The notes beneath the pieces were generated by a model. The model had not been told where the DNA came from, did no database searches, and saw nothing but the letters and a program-made list of their open reading frames with translations. Positions 10,797-20,166 of a DNA stretch of 64,000 bases are shown piece after piece (within the stretch, counting starts at the first letter, position 1; each line of letters starts with the position of its first letter). Both the position numbers and the translations under genes were made by a program. The stretch is from an uncultured Gemmatimonadales bacterium (GTDB lineage: Bacteria; Gemmatimonadota; Gemmatimonadetes; Gemmatimonadales; GWC2-71-9). The stretch spans positions 32,001 through 96,000 of the forward strand of contig CAWGSK010000034.1 of NCBI GenBank assembly GCA_963825055.1, given 5' to 3'.

Positions 10797-12583
10797 CGGG
10801 TGTCCGCCTCGGGGGTGCTGTCCGTCCGCGCCAGCTTTCTGGCGGCGGGAGGGTAGAAGGAGGGAAGTGTCTCGCGGAAACGCTTGAGGACCGCCAGCCG
10901 GCTCGCCGAATCCGCGAGGTTGGTGTACTCCTGGGGATCCGTACGCAGGTCGAACAACTGTTCGTGCCCGTCGCCTCGCCGGATGTAATGCATATGGTCC
11001 GCCATGAGCGACTGCATGGGGCCCAGTGACGCGGGGGCACCCGGCCGGTCGAGCGCTTCCTCCACCTCGGAAAAAATGGTTTCGGCGTAGATACCGTCGG
11101 GCAACCAGGCCTGGCGGAGCGGTGTCCCCTCGAAGCTCCCCCGGGGTGCGCCTATCAGGTCGAGGATCGTGGGGGCAAGGTCCCGCAGGGTGACGGGGCG
11201 CGCGACCCGGACCCCCTCAGGAACCAGCCCCGGCCAGCGGATCACGAGCGGTACGTGGATCACCCGGCGGTAGAGACCATTGCCATGTCCGAAGAGCGTG
11301 TGGCCCCCGAACTGTTCCCCGTGGTCGCTCGCGACGATTACCAGGGTGTTGTCGAGCAGCCCTCGGCGCTCCAGGTCGTCGAACAGCAGCCCGAGTTCGT
11401 GGTCCATGTACAGGATGTTCTGGTCGTACCGGTCCACCTCCTGATCGGCACCGGTGAGGCGACTCGCGAACGGCTCTGGAGGGTTGTACGGCTTGTGGGC
11501 GTCAAAGAGGTTCAGGAAGGCGAACCACGGCCGGCCATCTGCCTTCGGCAGCCAGGCCAGGAACGACTGCCGTACCTCCGCGGCCCTCCTCCGGTGCGTG
11601 GTGCGCTCCGGGTCGTAATGGTAGCGCCGGCGGAACACCATCCCCTCGACCACCTGGCCCAGCAGGCTGGAGCGGAGGATCTGGATTGCGTTGGTCGGGA
11701 GAGCCTCGTAATGCACGAACCCGCGGGACAGACCCGATTCCCGCGTCGTGTAGTAAGGGTTGGCGACGAAGCCGGCCGTGACGTACCCGCCGTCACGGAG
11801 GGCTTCCGCCAGCGTGGGAAACTCGTCGTCCAGCGGGACGTGCCACCGGGCGGAGAGTTCGGAGGGCCAGTGGCCCGTGAACATGGTTCCGTGCGAGGGG
11901 AGCGTCCACGGCGCGGGGGCCAGGGCCTCGTCGAAGACGACGCCCCGCTCCGCCCATCGTTCCAGGTTGGGAGTCGTCGGACGGCTGTAGCCGTAGAGTC
12001 CGAGCGACGCGGCCCGCACTGTATCCAGGATCACAAGCAGGACGTTCGGTCTGTCCGACGGCGCGATCCTGCCCATCGCCTGCCGTTCCCGGAGGATACG
12101 CCATCCGGGGACCGCCAAGGCGAGGAGGACGACCAGACCGGCGAGCGCAGGCGTGGTGTGCCGGAGGAGCCGGACGAACCCGTCGCTCCCTCCCTGAAGA
12201 CGGCTCCCGAGCCGGATACCCACGCCGAGGGCGAGTATGGCGATCGCCCAGGTGGCGAGAGCCCCGTTGGCGGCCACCTCGACCAGTGCCGCCGTCGTGA
12301 AGAGCGCGAGCACTGCGCCCAGCAGCGGCAGTGGCACCCAGCGGGGGCGCAGGGCAGCCAGGAGCGAGAGGATGAATGCGGGAACGATCAGGAAGGCGAC
12401 GTTTGACACGGGTGCCATCCAGACGACATCCACCGACGACCACGTAAAGCGATGAAAGACGAACCTGCGCACCAGGAGCACCGCCGCCTCGCCGAGTCCG
12501 GCCGCCAGGGCGAACCAGACAATGGCCAGCAGGACGAGGACGGCGTGATCCGTGGTCGTTCGCGGCCCGCCTCGCCCGGTCAC
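10793..12583 (-). CDS. Membrane-anchored sulfatase-like hydrolase/transferase, copy 3
   Basis: TM N-terminus; ILDTVR, WTLPSH..FTG, DAHKPY, ASDHGE. Confidence 0.9.
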   Translation of the reverse strand: MTGRGGPRTTTDHAVLVLLAIVWFALAAGLGEAAVLLVRRFVFHRFTWSSVDVVWMAPVSNVAFLIVPAFILSLLAALRPRWVPLPLLGAVLALFTTAALVEVAANGALATWAIAILALGVGIRLGSRLQGGSDGFVRLLRHTTPALAGLVVLLALAVPGWRILRERQAMGRIAPSDRPNVLLVILDTVRAASLGLYGYSRPTTPNLERWAERGVVFDEALAPAPWTLPSHGTMFTGHWPSELSARWHVPLDDEFPTLAEALRDGGYVTAGFVANPYYTTRESGLSRGFVHYEALPTNAIQILRSSLLGQVVEGMVFRRRYHYDPERTTHRRRAAEVRQSFLAWLPKADGRPWFAFLNLFDAHKPYNPPEPFASRLTGADQEVDRYDQNILYMDHELGLLFDDLERRGLLDNTLVIVASDHGEQFGGHTLFGHGNGLYRRVIHVPLVIRWPGLVPEGVRVARPVTLRDLAPTILDLIGAPRGSFEGTPLRQAWLPDGIYAETIFSEVEEALDRPGAPASLGPMQSLMADHMHYIRRGDGHEQLFDLRTDPQEYTNLADSASRLAVLKRFRETLPSFYPPAARKLARTDSTPEADTR

Positions 12584-14337
12584 CGGGAGCTCCCGGCCGT
12601 TCGCGCCGATGAGTCCGCCAGCGCCCGCAGCGCAACGTCCAGACTGTCCCGCCGCATGCGCCAGGCGGAGTCCGCGGCGAGGTTGTCGAGTTCGCCCGGG
12701 TCGGTGGCCAGGTCGTAGAGGTCCGCCGTACCGTCCCCGTTCAGGATGTAGTGCACACCATCGGTGTACAGCGAGTGCATGTCCCCCTTCGACACCGGCT
12801 CGGTGGTGTCGGTGTTGATACCCTTCTGGAGCGCGGAGAACAGCGGGCTCGACTGCCAGGTGCCGGGCGATTCCCAGGCGCCGCGCAGCGGCGTACCCGG
12901 GAGCGGATTGCCGCCGATGCCGGCCAGGTCCACCAGCGTGGCCGGCAGGTCGCGCAGAGTCACCGGCGTCTCGATCCGGTTGCCGGCGGGAACCCGCGGG
13001 GGGTAGAGAATGACGAGGGGGACATGGAGCTGAAGGTCGTACAACGCGTTTCCGTGTTCGGTCAGGTGATGCTCGCCGAGCAGCTCGCCGTGGTCCGAAG
13101 CCACCACGACAATTGTGCGGTCCAGTTCGCCACGGCGGTCAAGCTCCGTGAGGATGGTGTCGATCTGGTCGTCCAGGAACCGGATGCTCGCCTCATAGCG
13201 GCCCGCACGGGTGTTCGAATATTGCTTGCGGTACCCTGTCGGCGCGTAGAACGGCATGTGGGCGTCGTAATAGTTCAGGAAGGCGAAGAACGGCCGCCCC
13301 GAGGGTTTTCCGGACCAACGGAGGAAGCGGTCGGTCACCTCCGTGCCGATCTTCCGGTCATAGGTGCGCCGGGCCGGCGGATTCCGGCGATGGATCCCGT
13401 TCCACCACTGGCCCAGGGCCGTGCTCTTCGCGAACTGCTCCCCGGAGACCTTGTAGTCGCGATAACGCGCGAAGCCCCGGGAGACCCCGGATTCCCGGGT
13501 GGTGTATAGCAGGTTCGCGGTGAAGCCCCCGGTGCGGTAGCCCGCCTGGCGAAAGACCTCGGCGAGCGTCCGTCGCTCGTTATCCAGCGGGTGCTTCCAG
13601 CCGGTCGAGAGGTCAGGCGGGTAGAACCCGGTGAACATGGAGGCGTGGGAGGGCAGGGTCCATGACGTCGTCGCGATCGCCCGGTCGAAGACCAGGCCCC
13701 GCCCGGACCACCGCTCGAGGGCCGGTGTGGTCGGCTGCTCGTAGCCATACAGGCTCAGCGAAGCTGCGCGCACCGTGTCCAGGATGATGAGTAGGACATT
13801 CGGGGCATCCGCCCCCACCCTCCGGGGACCGGCCACATCCTGCTGTTCGCGATATGCCTGGATGACCGGCCTTCCCGCCGCCGCCAGGACGACGACGGCC
13901 GCCGCGAGCGGCATCAGCCGGCGTACCCGGAGGGCGAAAGGCAGGGTGTGCCGGTGCACAGCCCGGCCCACCTGGATGCCGATCCCGAGCGACAGCAGGA
14001 GGAGCGCGATCACCTGCAGGCGGAACCAGAATAGCAGGAACAGGAGGGAGAGCCCCATGAGGCCCGTGGCGAGCCCCACCGTGAGCGCGAGCGGCCAGCG
14101 CCGGCCAAGCACGGCGGCGAGCAGTGCGGCTCCCGCCCCGAGTCCCGCGAAAACCCCGACGTAGTAGAGCGGTACCATCCAGATCATGTCCGTTCCGGTC
14201 CAGACGAACTGGTGAAATACGCTCCACCGGAGCTCAACGACCAGCACTTCGGTGAGCCCGGTGGCGACCCCGATTCCCAGCGCCGCGAACAGGTGGTCCC
14301 AGGGACGCACGCCCGCATGGTCGGCGCTCGAAGTCAT
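12580..14337 (-). CDS. Membrane-anchored sulfatase-like hydrolase/transferase, copy 2
   Basis: TM N-terminus; ILDTVR, WTLPSH..FTG, DAHMPF, ASDHGE. Confidence 0.9.
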   Translation of the reverse strand: MTSSADHAGVRPWDHLFAALGIGVATGLTEVLVVELRWSVFHQFVWTGTDMIWMVPLYYVGVFAGLGAGAALLAAVLGRRWPLALTVGLATGLMGLSLLFLLFWFRLQVIALLLLSLGIGIQVGRAVHRHTLPFALRVRRLMPLAAAVVVLAAAGRPVIQAYREQQDVAGPRRVGADAPNVLLIILDTVRAASLSLYGYEQPTTPALERWSGRGLVFDRAIATTSWTLPSHASMFTGFYPPDLSTGWKHPLDNERRTLAEVFRQAGYRTGGFTANLLYTTRESGVSRGFARYRDYKVSGEQFAKSTALGQWWNGIHRRNPPARRTYDRKIGTEVTDRFLRWSGKPSGRPFFAFLNYYDAHMPFYAPTGYRKQYSNTRAGRYEASIRFLDDQIDTILTELDRRGELDRTIVVVASDHGELLGEHHLTEHGNALYDLQLHVPLVILYPPRVPAGNRIETPVTLRDLPATLVDLAGIGGNPLPGTPLRGAWESPGTWQSSPLFSALQKGINTDTTEPVSKGDMHSLYTDGVHYILNGDGTADLYDLATDPGELDNLAADSAWRMRRDSLDVALRALADSSARTAGSSR

Positions 14338-16241
14338 CGTGGTTCTCCCCTGACGGTGTCGGAGTGCTGCCCGGCGGCCGTGATCGCCGGAGCGTGACGG
14401 GCAGCTGCGAGCACGGCCCGCAGGCCCGGCAACACCGCCTGGCCTGCTGCCGAATCCGCGAGGTCCCGCGCCTCGAGCGGGTCAGTTTCGATATCGTAGA
14501 GCTCTTCCGTCCCGCTGCCGAGGTTCCGGATGTAGCGGTACCGTCCGCTGATAACGGCGGCGAGGTCGCCCTGGCTGGCAGGATACCACTCCGGCTGCCG
14601 GATCACCTTCCGCACCTCGGAAAGCACGGGATCGTCGGGCATCGTGTCCGACCCGGTCCAGAACCGCGCGAGCGACCGTCCCGGGAACGTGGAGTCCACC
14701 CGGCCGAGGGCCAGGTCCAGGATCGTGCGCGGAAGGTCGCGCAGGGACACCGGCGCGGCGGCGGTGCCACCCGCCGGGACCCTCGGCGCCACGATGACCA
14801 GCGGAACCTGCGTGGCCTGGCGGTACACGCTGTTGCCATGGTCGAACAGGCCGTGCTCGCCGAACTCCTCGCCATGATCGCTGGTGACGATCACGATGGT
14901 GTGGTCGAGGAGGCCCCGATGCGCCAGGGAGTCGAGCAGCCGGCCAAGCCGGTCGTCCAGGTAGGCCAGGGCGCCGTCATACGCGTTGCGCGCCCAGTCG
15001 GTTTTCTCAATGCGGTCTGCGTCGCCGGGCTTCGCGTTGCGGGCCAGGCGTGGGTCCGGCTCGGTGCCTTCCGGAATGAAGCGCGAGGCGAACGGTTCCG
15101 GAGGCAGGTAGGGCCGGTGCGCGTCATAGAAGTTGAGGAATGCGAAGAACGGCCGGTCGGGGGGCGCGTGGTCGAGCCAGCCGAGGAAGGCGCCGCTGAT
15201 GTCGTCGGCACTCCGCCGCCCGATGGCGTCCTGGTCACCGATGACGCGGCGGAACGCCCGGTTACGCGCGAAGACCCGTACGAGGGCGGCGTTTCGCGCG
15301 AGCAGCGCCGGTGAGGGCACGTAGTCCTCGTAGTGAATGAAGCCGCGGGCGAGCCCGGTTTCGGCGCTGGTATAGTTGGTGTTCGCGACGAACCCTGCCG
15401 TCACGTATCCTTCGGCCTGCAGTGCCTCTGCGAGGGTTGGCCACGTCCCGCCAAGGGGCACGAGCCAGTCTGCCGCCATCTCGTGCACCGCACGGCCCGT
15501 GAACATCGAGGCATGCGACGGCAGTGTCCAGGGTGCCGTGGAAAAGGCGCGGTCGAACCGGAAGCCCCTGGCGGCGAAGCGCTCCAGGGCCGGGGTCGTG
15601 GGCCGCTCGTACCCGTAGAGACTCAGGTCCAGGTCGCGGACCGTGTCGAGCACGATGAGCAGCACGTTGGGGGTTCCTTCGCGAGCGTCTCCGAGGCCGG
15701 CCAGCGACCGACGTTCCAGCCAGCCGCGGCCAAGGTGAAGCCCCGCCCCGAGCAGCGCGACCAGCAGCAGGAGCACCGGCGCGCCCCACCGGGAGAACCT
15801 GACGAGCGCCGGCTGTCTGGTGACCAGCAGCCGCGCGGCCTGGACGCCGATACCCATCGCCAGGACCAGCGCCGCCACCCGGTGGAATTGCGGGTAGAGA
15901 TAGAACCAGCTGAACGCGCCGAGGAAGACGAAGAATCCCGCCGTGCGGGCGGGGGTGACCAGCCTTGGCAGCAGGAATGCGAACAGGGCGATCGGCACCG
16001 CCACCAGACCGAACACCAGGCCCGTCACGAGCGGCGCCGACCAGATCACGTCCGCACCGGTGAAGAGGAACTCGTGCTGGACGTATTTGCGGACCCCGAG
16101 CAGCAACAGCTCGCCGAATCCGGTCAGGAGACCGAAGGTGAGACCCACCAGCAGGACCGCCCCCACCAGTGCGGTGGGGCGGCCCCGGGCGGAAGGTGGA
16201 AGGTCCTCGCGGGAGGGCCTGGCTGGCTTCGTGGGGTTCAT
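14334..16241 (-). CDS. Membrane-anchored sulfatase-like hydrolase/transferase, copy 1
   Basis: TM N-terminus; VLDTVR, WTLPSH..FTG, DAHRPY, TSDHGE; GGAG just upstream of ATG. Confidence 0.9.
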   Translation of the reverse strand: MNPTKPARPSREDLPPSARGRPTALVGAVLLVGLTFGLLTGFGELLLLGVRKYVQHEFLFTGADVIWSAPLVTGLVFGLVAVPIALFAFLLPRLVTPARTAGFFVFLGAFSWFYLYPQFHRVAALVLAMGIGVQAARLLVTRQPALVRFSRWGAPVLLLLVALLGAGLHLGRGWLERRSLAGLGDAREGTPNVLLIVLDTVRDLDLSLYGYERPTTPALERFAARGFRFDRAFSTAPWTLPSHASMFTGRAVHEMAADWLVPLGGTWPTLAEALQAEGYVTAGFVANTNYTSAETGLARGFIHYEDYVPSPALLARNAALVRVFARNRAFRRVIGDQDAIGRRSADDISGAFLGWLDHAPPDRPFFAFLNFYDAHRPYLPPEPFASRFIPEGTEPDPRLARNAKPGDADRIEKTDWARNAYDGALAYLDDRLGRLLDSLAHRGLLDHTIVIVTSDHGEEFGEHGLFDHGNSVYRQATQVPLVIVAPRVPAGGTAAAPVSLRDLPRTILDLALGRVDSTFPGRSLARFWTGSDTMPDDPVLSEVRKVIRQPEWYPASQGDLAAVISGRYRYIRNLGSGTEELYDIETDPLEARDLADSAAGQAVLPGLRAVLAAARHAPAITAAGQHSDTVRGEPR

Positions 16242-16277
16242 CGGCTCCGGGGAATTAAGGAAGTGGACCCTGCTTTG

Positions 16278-16294
16278 AGCACATATGGTGCCAA
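16278..16294 (-). promoter_or_regulatory. Sigma-54 (-24/-12) promoter for the sulfatase-like operon
   Basis: Minus strand TTGGCACCATATGTGCT (GG-N10-GC), ending 37 nt upstream of the first ATG. Confidence 0.75.
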
Positions 16295-16420
16295 GCTATC
16301 CTTCACCCGGAAGGGCATTTGGGCCGCGCGGGCCCGTGCCGCACCCCGGGGCTTCCGGGGGTGGCAAACCCCGCCAAGTCGGGGATTTTTCGCCCCTGAC
16401 AGCCTTGATAGGTATGGTCC

Positions 16421-16482
16421 TGCACGGAATGTGCAACAGGCGCAGGATTCAAAGCTTACCCGGTCGTTGTCCCGGCGCAACA
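16421..16482. promoter_or_regulatory. Candidate enhancer (UAS) sites
   Basis: TGCAC-GGAAT-GTGCA (16421-16435) and CGTTG-N8-CAACA (16465-16482), about 130-190 nt upstream of the sigma-54 box. Confidence 0.4.
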
Positions 16483-16569
16483 TCAGGTGCCGGGCAGGCC
16501 TGACATCCTTTCAGGGACCTGGAGGGATCGTCCTTCGAAGTCATTTATCCGTAACGACTTGGGTGGCAT

Positions 16570-17253
16570 ATGAGCCAGAAGGCGCGCAACGACTGGATCC
16601 GGACCACGCTTCAGGCCCTGCCCCGCTTCTTCCAACTGGCGGGCAAGATGAAGCCCACCGTGCACCTGCCGGACATCCGCGCCCTGGACGAACGATTCAT
16701 CCGGCAGCATGACGTGCGCGGACTGGTGTGGGATGTGGACGGAACATTGATGCCCCATCACAGCCTCGAGGTCGATGCCGCTCTTCAGGAAACATTCCAA
16801 CACCTGCTCCAGCTCGATGGACTCCAGCATGTCATTCTTTCCAACTGTGGCGAGGAGCGGCTGGAGGAACTCGGCCGGATTTTCCCCGGGGTGCCGGTGA
16901 TCAAGGCATACACCGGTGCCGGCAGGGCCGTCGCCCGCCGGCTGGTGGGTGGAGTCGAGTCCTGGCGTGACCTTGAGGGGAACGCGGTCGAACCGGACGG
17001 GCTCACCCCCGTCAAGAAGCCCAGCGCGTTGCCGATCCGGCTGGTGCTGAGGGAAATGGGCGACCTCCCGGGCGAGCAGGTCTACATGGTGGGTGACCAG
17101 TACTTCACGGACATTGCCGGCGCCAACCTGGGCGGCATCCGCTCAGTCAAGGTTCCCACCTGGCAACGCCACAGCTTCCCGTTCGTGCTCCGTACCTTCC
17201 AGCGGGTCGAGGCCGCGCTCTTCCGCGCGCTGCACGGCTCGTCCCGGACCTGA
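16570..17253 (+). CDS. HAD IIIA phosphatase, YqeG/Gep4 (PGP phosphatase)-like
   Basis: 'WDVDGTL', 'ILSN', 'KKP', 'MVGDQYFTDIAGAN'. Confidence 0.85.
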   Translation: MSQKARNDWIRTTLQALPRFFQLAGKMKPTVHLPDIRALDERFIRQHDVRGLVWDVDGTLMPHHSLEVDAALQETFQHLLQLDGLQHVILSNCGEERLEELGRIFPGVPVIKAYTGAGRAVARRLVGGVESWRDLEGNAVEPDGLTPVKKPSALPIRLVLREMGDLPGEQVYMVGDQYFTDIAGANLGGIRSVKVPTWQRHSFPFVLRTFQRVEAALFRALHGSSRT

Positions 17254-18368
17254 TGCACATCCTCCACGCGATCACGCCCGGGGTTGTGGGTGGTCTTGAG
17301 AGCGTCGTGCGCGCGCTGGCCGCCGGCCACGTCGCGCGGGGCCACGAGGTCACGGTTGTTGCCGTGGTGGATCCCGAGCCGGATCCCCATCCGCTGCTGA
17401 TGTCGCTCGAGGAAGCGGGAGTCCGGGTAGTGCGGATCCCCGCCAGGGGGCGGCGATACCTGCATGAACGCCGGAGGCTGCACGGCGAGATCGTACGACA
17501 ACACCCCGATGTGGTGCACACCCACGGGTATCGTTCGGACGTCCTCGCGGGCTCGGCCGCGCGCGCCGCCGGCGTCCCGACGCTCACCACGGTGCACGGC
17601 TTTACCGGCGGGGACTGGAAGAATCGGTTCTACGAGGCGGTCCAGCTGAGGGCATTCCGGCGTGCCGACGCCGTGGTCGCGGTGTCGCGTCCACTCGAAT
17701 CCCTGCTCCGGAGCAGGGGAGTGCCCGCCAGGCGGCTCGTCTTCCTCCGGAACGCCTGGGCGCCGGGCGGGCAGGCGCTCTCCAGGGAGGAGGCGCGTCA
17801 GCGGCTGGACCTTGGCGGGCCCGAGTTCCATGCGGGGTGGGTCGGGCGGATCAGCGCGGAGAAAGGCCTGGATGTCTTTCTTCGTGCGCTGGCGGACCCC
17901 CGGCTGCAGGGTGTTCGTGCGGTCGTGGTCGGGGAGGGCAGGGAAGGCGACGCGTGTGAGTCGCTTGCGCGCTCCCTGGGCGTGAGCGACCGGGTCACCT
18001 GGTGCGGCATGGTCCCGGAGGCAGGGCGGCTGGTACGGGCGTTCGATGCATTCGTGCTGAGCAGCCGGACGGAGGGCACGCCGATTACGTTGTTCGAGGC
18101 CATGGCGGCCGGCGTGCCGGTCGTGGCCAGTGCCGTGGGCGGGGTGCCCGACGTGGCGGGGGAGACCGCCCTCCTGGTACCGCCCGACGATCCGCCGGCA
18201 CTCGCGGGGGCGCTGGACGCGGTCCGTCGCGAACCCGAGCCGGCCGCCGGGCGCGCGGACGCCGCACGCCGTCGGCTGGCGGAACAGTACGGTACCCGCC
18301 CCTGGCTCGAAGCCTACGAGACTCTGTACGCGCGGCTCGCGTCGCGCCCCGCGCCCCGGAGACCATGA
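17253..18368 (+). CDS. Glycosyltransferase family 4
   Basis: 'GGLE', 'VVHTHG', 'GRISAEKG', 'SSRTEGTPITLFEAMAAGVPVV'. Confidence 0.92.
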   Translation: MHILHAITPGVVGGLESVVRALAAGHVARGHEVTVVAVVDPEPDPHPLLMSLEEAGVRVVRIPARGRRYLHERRRLHGEIVRQHPDVVHTHGYRSDVLAGSAARAAGVPTLTTVHGFTGGDWKNRFYEAVQLRAFRRADAVVAVSRPLESLLRSRGVPARRLVFLRNAWAPGGQALSREEARQRLDLGGPEFHAGWVGRISAEKGLDVFLRALADPRLQGVRAVVVGEGREGDACESLARSLGVSDRVTWCGMVPEAGRLVRAFDAFVLSSRTEGTPITLFEAMAAGVPVVASAVGGVPDVAGETALLVPPDDPPALAGALDAVRREPEPAAGRADAARRRLAEQYGTRPWLEAYETLYARLASRPAPRRP

Positions 18369-19525
18369 ACGTCCTGATTGCGGTCCTCATCCTGATACCC
18401 GCGGCGCTCTTCGGCTATACGTATATCGGCTACCCGCTGCTGCTCCGGCTCCTGACGGTGGGCCGCGGGTCGAGGTTGCCCGCCACGGATCCGGACCCCT
18501 GGCCCGTCGTCAGCATCAGCCTTCCCGCCTACAACGAGGAAGCCAGCATCGGCCGCACCATCGAGTCACTGCTGGCCCTGGACTATCCGCCTGACCGCCG
18601 GCAGATCGTCGTGGTGTCTGATGCGTCCACCGATCGCACCGACGAGATCGTCCGGTCCTATGCGGACCGGGGGGTGGAGCTCGTCCGGATGCCGGAGCGG
18701 GGGGGCAAGACCGCAGCCGAGAACACGGCGGCGGCCATGCTGCGGGGCGACATCGTCGTCAACACGGACGCCACGATCCGGATACTTCCCGGGGCCCTGA
18801 AGCCGCTCGTTCGCGCCTTCCAGGACCCGACTATCGGCGTGGCCTCGGGGCGGGACATGAGCGTGGGTGACGTGACCAGCGACGCCAACAGCGGCGAGTC
18901 CGGGTATGTGGGCTACGAGATGTACGTGCGCGACCTTGAGACACAGTTCGGGTCGATCATCGGGGCGAGCGGGTGCTTCTATGCCATCCGCCGGGAGCTG
19001 CACCAGGCGCTGTTCCCCGAGGCGCTCAGCCGGGACTTCGCCTCCGCGCTCATCAGCCGGGAACACGGCCTGCGGGCGGTTTCGGTGCAGGACGCCGTGT
19101 GTCTCGTGCCGCGCGCTCCCTCGCTGCAGGTGGAGTTCCGCCGGAAGGTGCGTACCATGGCCCGCGGGCTCGACACGCTCTGGTACAAGCGTCACCTGCT
19201 GAACCCGTTCCGCTTCGGGCGCTTCGCCTGGATGCTCGCCAGCCACAAGCTGGCGCGGTGGCTGGTGTTCCTGACCCTGCCGCTCGCGCTGCTGGGGCTG
19301 TTCATCTGGAGCCTGGAAAGCCTGGCCGGAAAGGTGGCGCTGGGCCTCGCGGCGCTGGGCGCCCTCGCTGGAGTGGCCGGGGTGCGGTGGCCGACCTCGC
19401 CGCCGCCCCGGCTGCTCGGTCTGGCCGGGTTCATCCTGGCGTCACATGTGGCGGGATTCCTGGCCTGGCTCAAGGCGTTGCGCGGTGAGCGCAACCCGAT
19501 CTGGGAGCCGACCCGGCGTTCCTGA
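18365..19525 (+). CDS. Glycosyltransferase family 2 (CESA-like)
   Basis: 'LPAYNEE', 'SDASTDRT', 'GKTAAEN', 'NTDA'; C-terminal TM helices; ATGA overlap. Confidence 0.9.
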   Translation: MNVLIAVLILIPAALFGYTYIGYPLLLRLLTVGRGSRLPATDPDPWPVVSISLPAYNEEASIGRTIESLLALDYPPDRRQIVVVSDASTDRTDEIVRSYADRGVELVRMPERGGKTAAENTAAAMLRGDIVVNTDATIRILPGALKPLVRAFQDPTIGVASGRDMSVGDVTSDANSGESGYVGYEMYVRDLETQFGSIIGASGCFYAIRRELHQALFPEALSRDFASALISREHGLRAVSVQDAVCLVPRAPSLQVEFRRKVRTMARGLDTLWYKRHLLNPFRFGRFAWMLASHKLARWLVFLTLPLALLGLFIWSLESLAGKVALGLAALGALAGVAGVRWPTSPPPRLLGLAGFILASHVAGFLAWLKALRGERNPIWEPTRRS

Positions 19526-19527
19526 CG

Positions 19528-20166
19528 TCAGGTGGGCAGGACGCGCCGCATCACGGGGATGACCTCGCCGGCCACGTCCCGGGCGAGCGCGTCCGCCTCG
19601 CCGGGAGTCCGGCCTTCGAGCAGCGGCACGACAATCCGGACCAGGGCCTCCTCGGTCCGGCCGCGGAGTGCCGCGTCACGCAGCAGCTGGACCTTCACGC
19701 GGTATTCGTTCGACTCGATCCGGCCCCGCCCCTGATACCAGTAATACACCAGCACCTGCTGCTCCCCGTTCTGGAGCAGGTAGCGGTTGACCACCGCCGA
19801 GTCGCCCGCGCCCGCCGGCATGGCGATAATCGTGTTCGAGAGCTCCTCCCATCCGGCGCCCGGCAGGCAGTTCTTGGGCGAGTGGATTGTCTTCCCTTGC
19901 GTCTGGTGGTCGTAGTACCCGACGTACAGCGTGAACGCGATGAGCGTGTCGCGGGGGAAGACCCGGAAGAGATACTCGTCCATCCCGGCCACCCGCTGCT
20001 CGTCCTGGCTGATCGGCTGGTCGATGCCGGCGTATCCGGCGACCGTGTCGGGCAGGGTCTCGAGCGGCGCGGCGAGCGGCATGTCCCGCTGCCGGTTGAT
20101 GAACAGGATGAGGATGCAACCCGCGCCCAGCAGGGCGCCGGGGAGCCACGCCTTCCAGTCACGCAT
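19528..20166 (-). CDS. epsI: EpsI family exosortase-associated protein
   Basis: 'LYVGYY..QTQGKTIHSPKNCLPGAGW', 'VYYWYQGRGR', 'ALVRIV'. Confidence 0.9.
   Translation of the reverse strand: MRDWKAWLPGALLGAGCILILFINRQRDMPLAAPLETLPDTVAGYAGIDQPISQDEQRVAGMDEYLFRVFPRDTLIAFTLYVGYYDHQTQGKTIHSPKNCLPGAGWEELSNTIIAMPAGAGDSAVVNRYLLQNGEQQVLVYYWYQGRGRIESNEYRVKVQLLRDAALRGRTEEALVRIVVPLLEGRTPGEADALARDVAGEVIPVMRRVLPT

Noticed and set aside
7144..16241. Classical formylglycine sulfatases or a polysaccharide-degradation locus
   Set aside because: No C/S-x-P-x-R motif, no maturase, TonB receptor or glycoside hydrolase nearby; neighbours are biosynthetic.
16362..16392. c-di-GMP-I riboswitch-like GGCAAACC (also GGCAAA near 35511)
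   Set aside because: Lacks the GAAA-loop stem and the following GACGCAAAG consensus.
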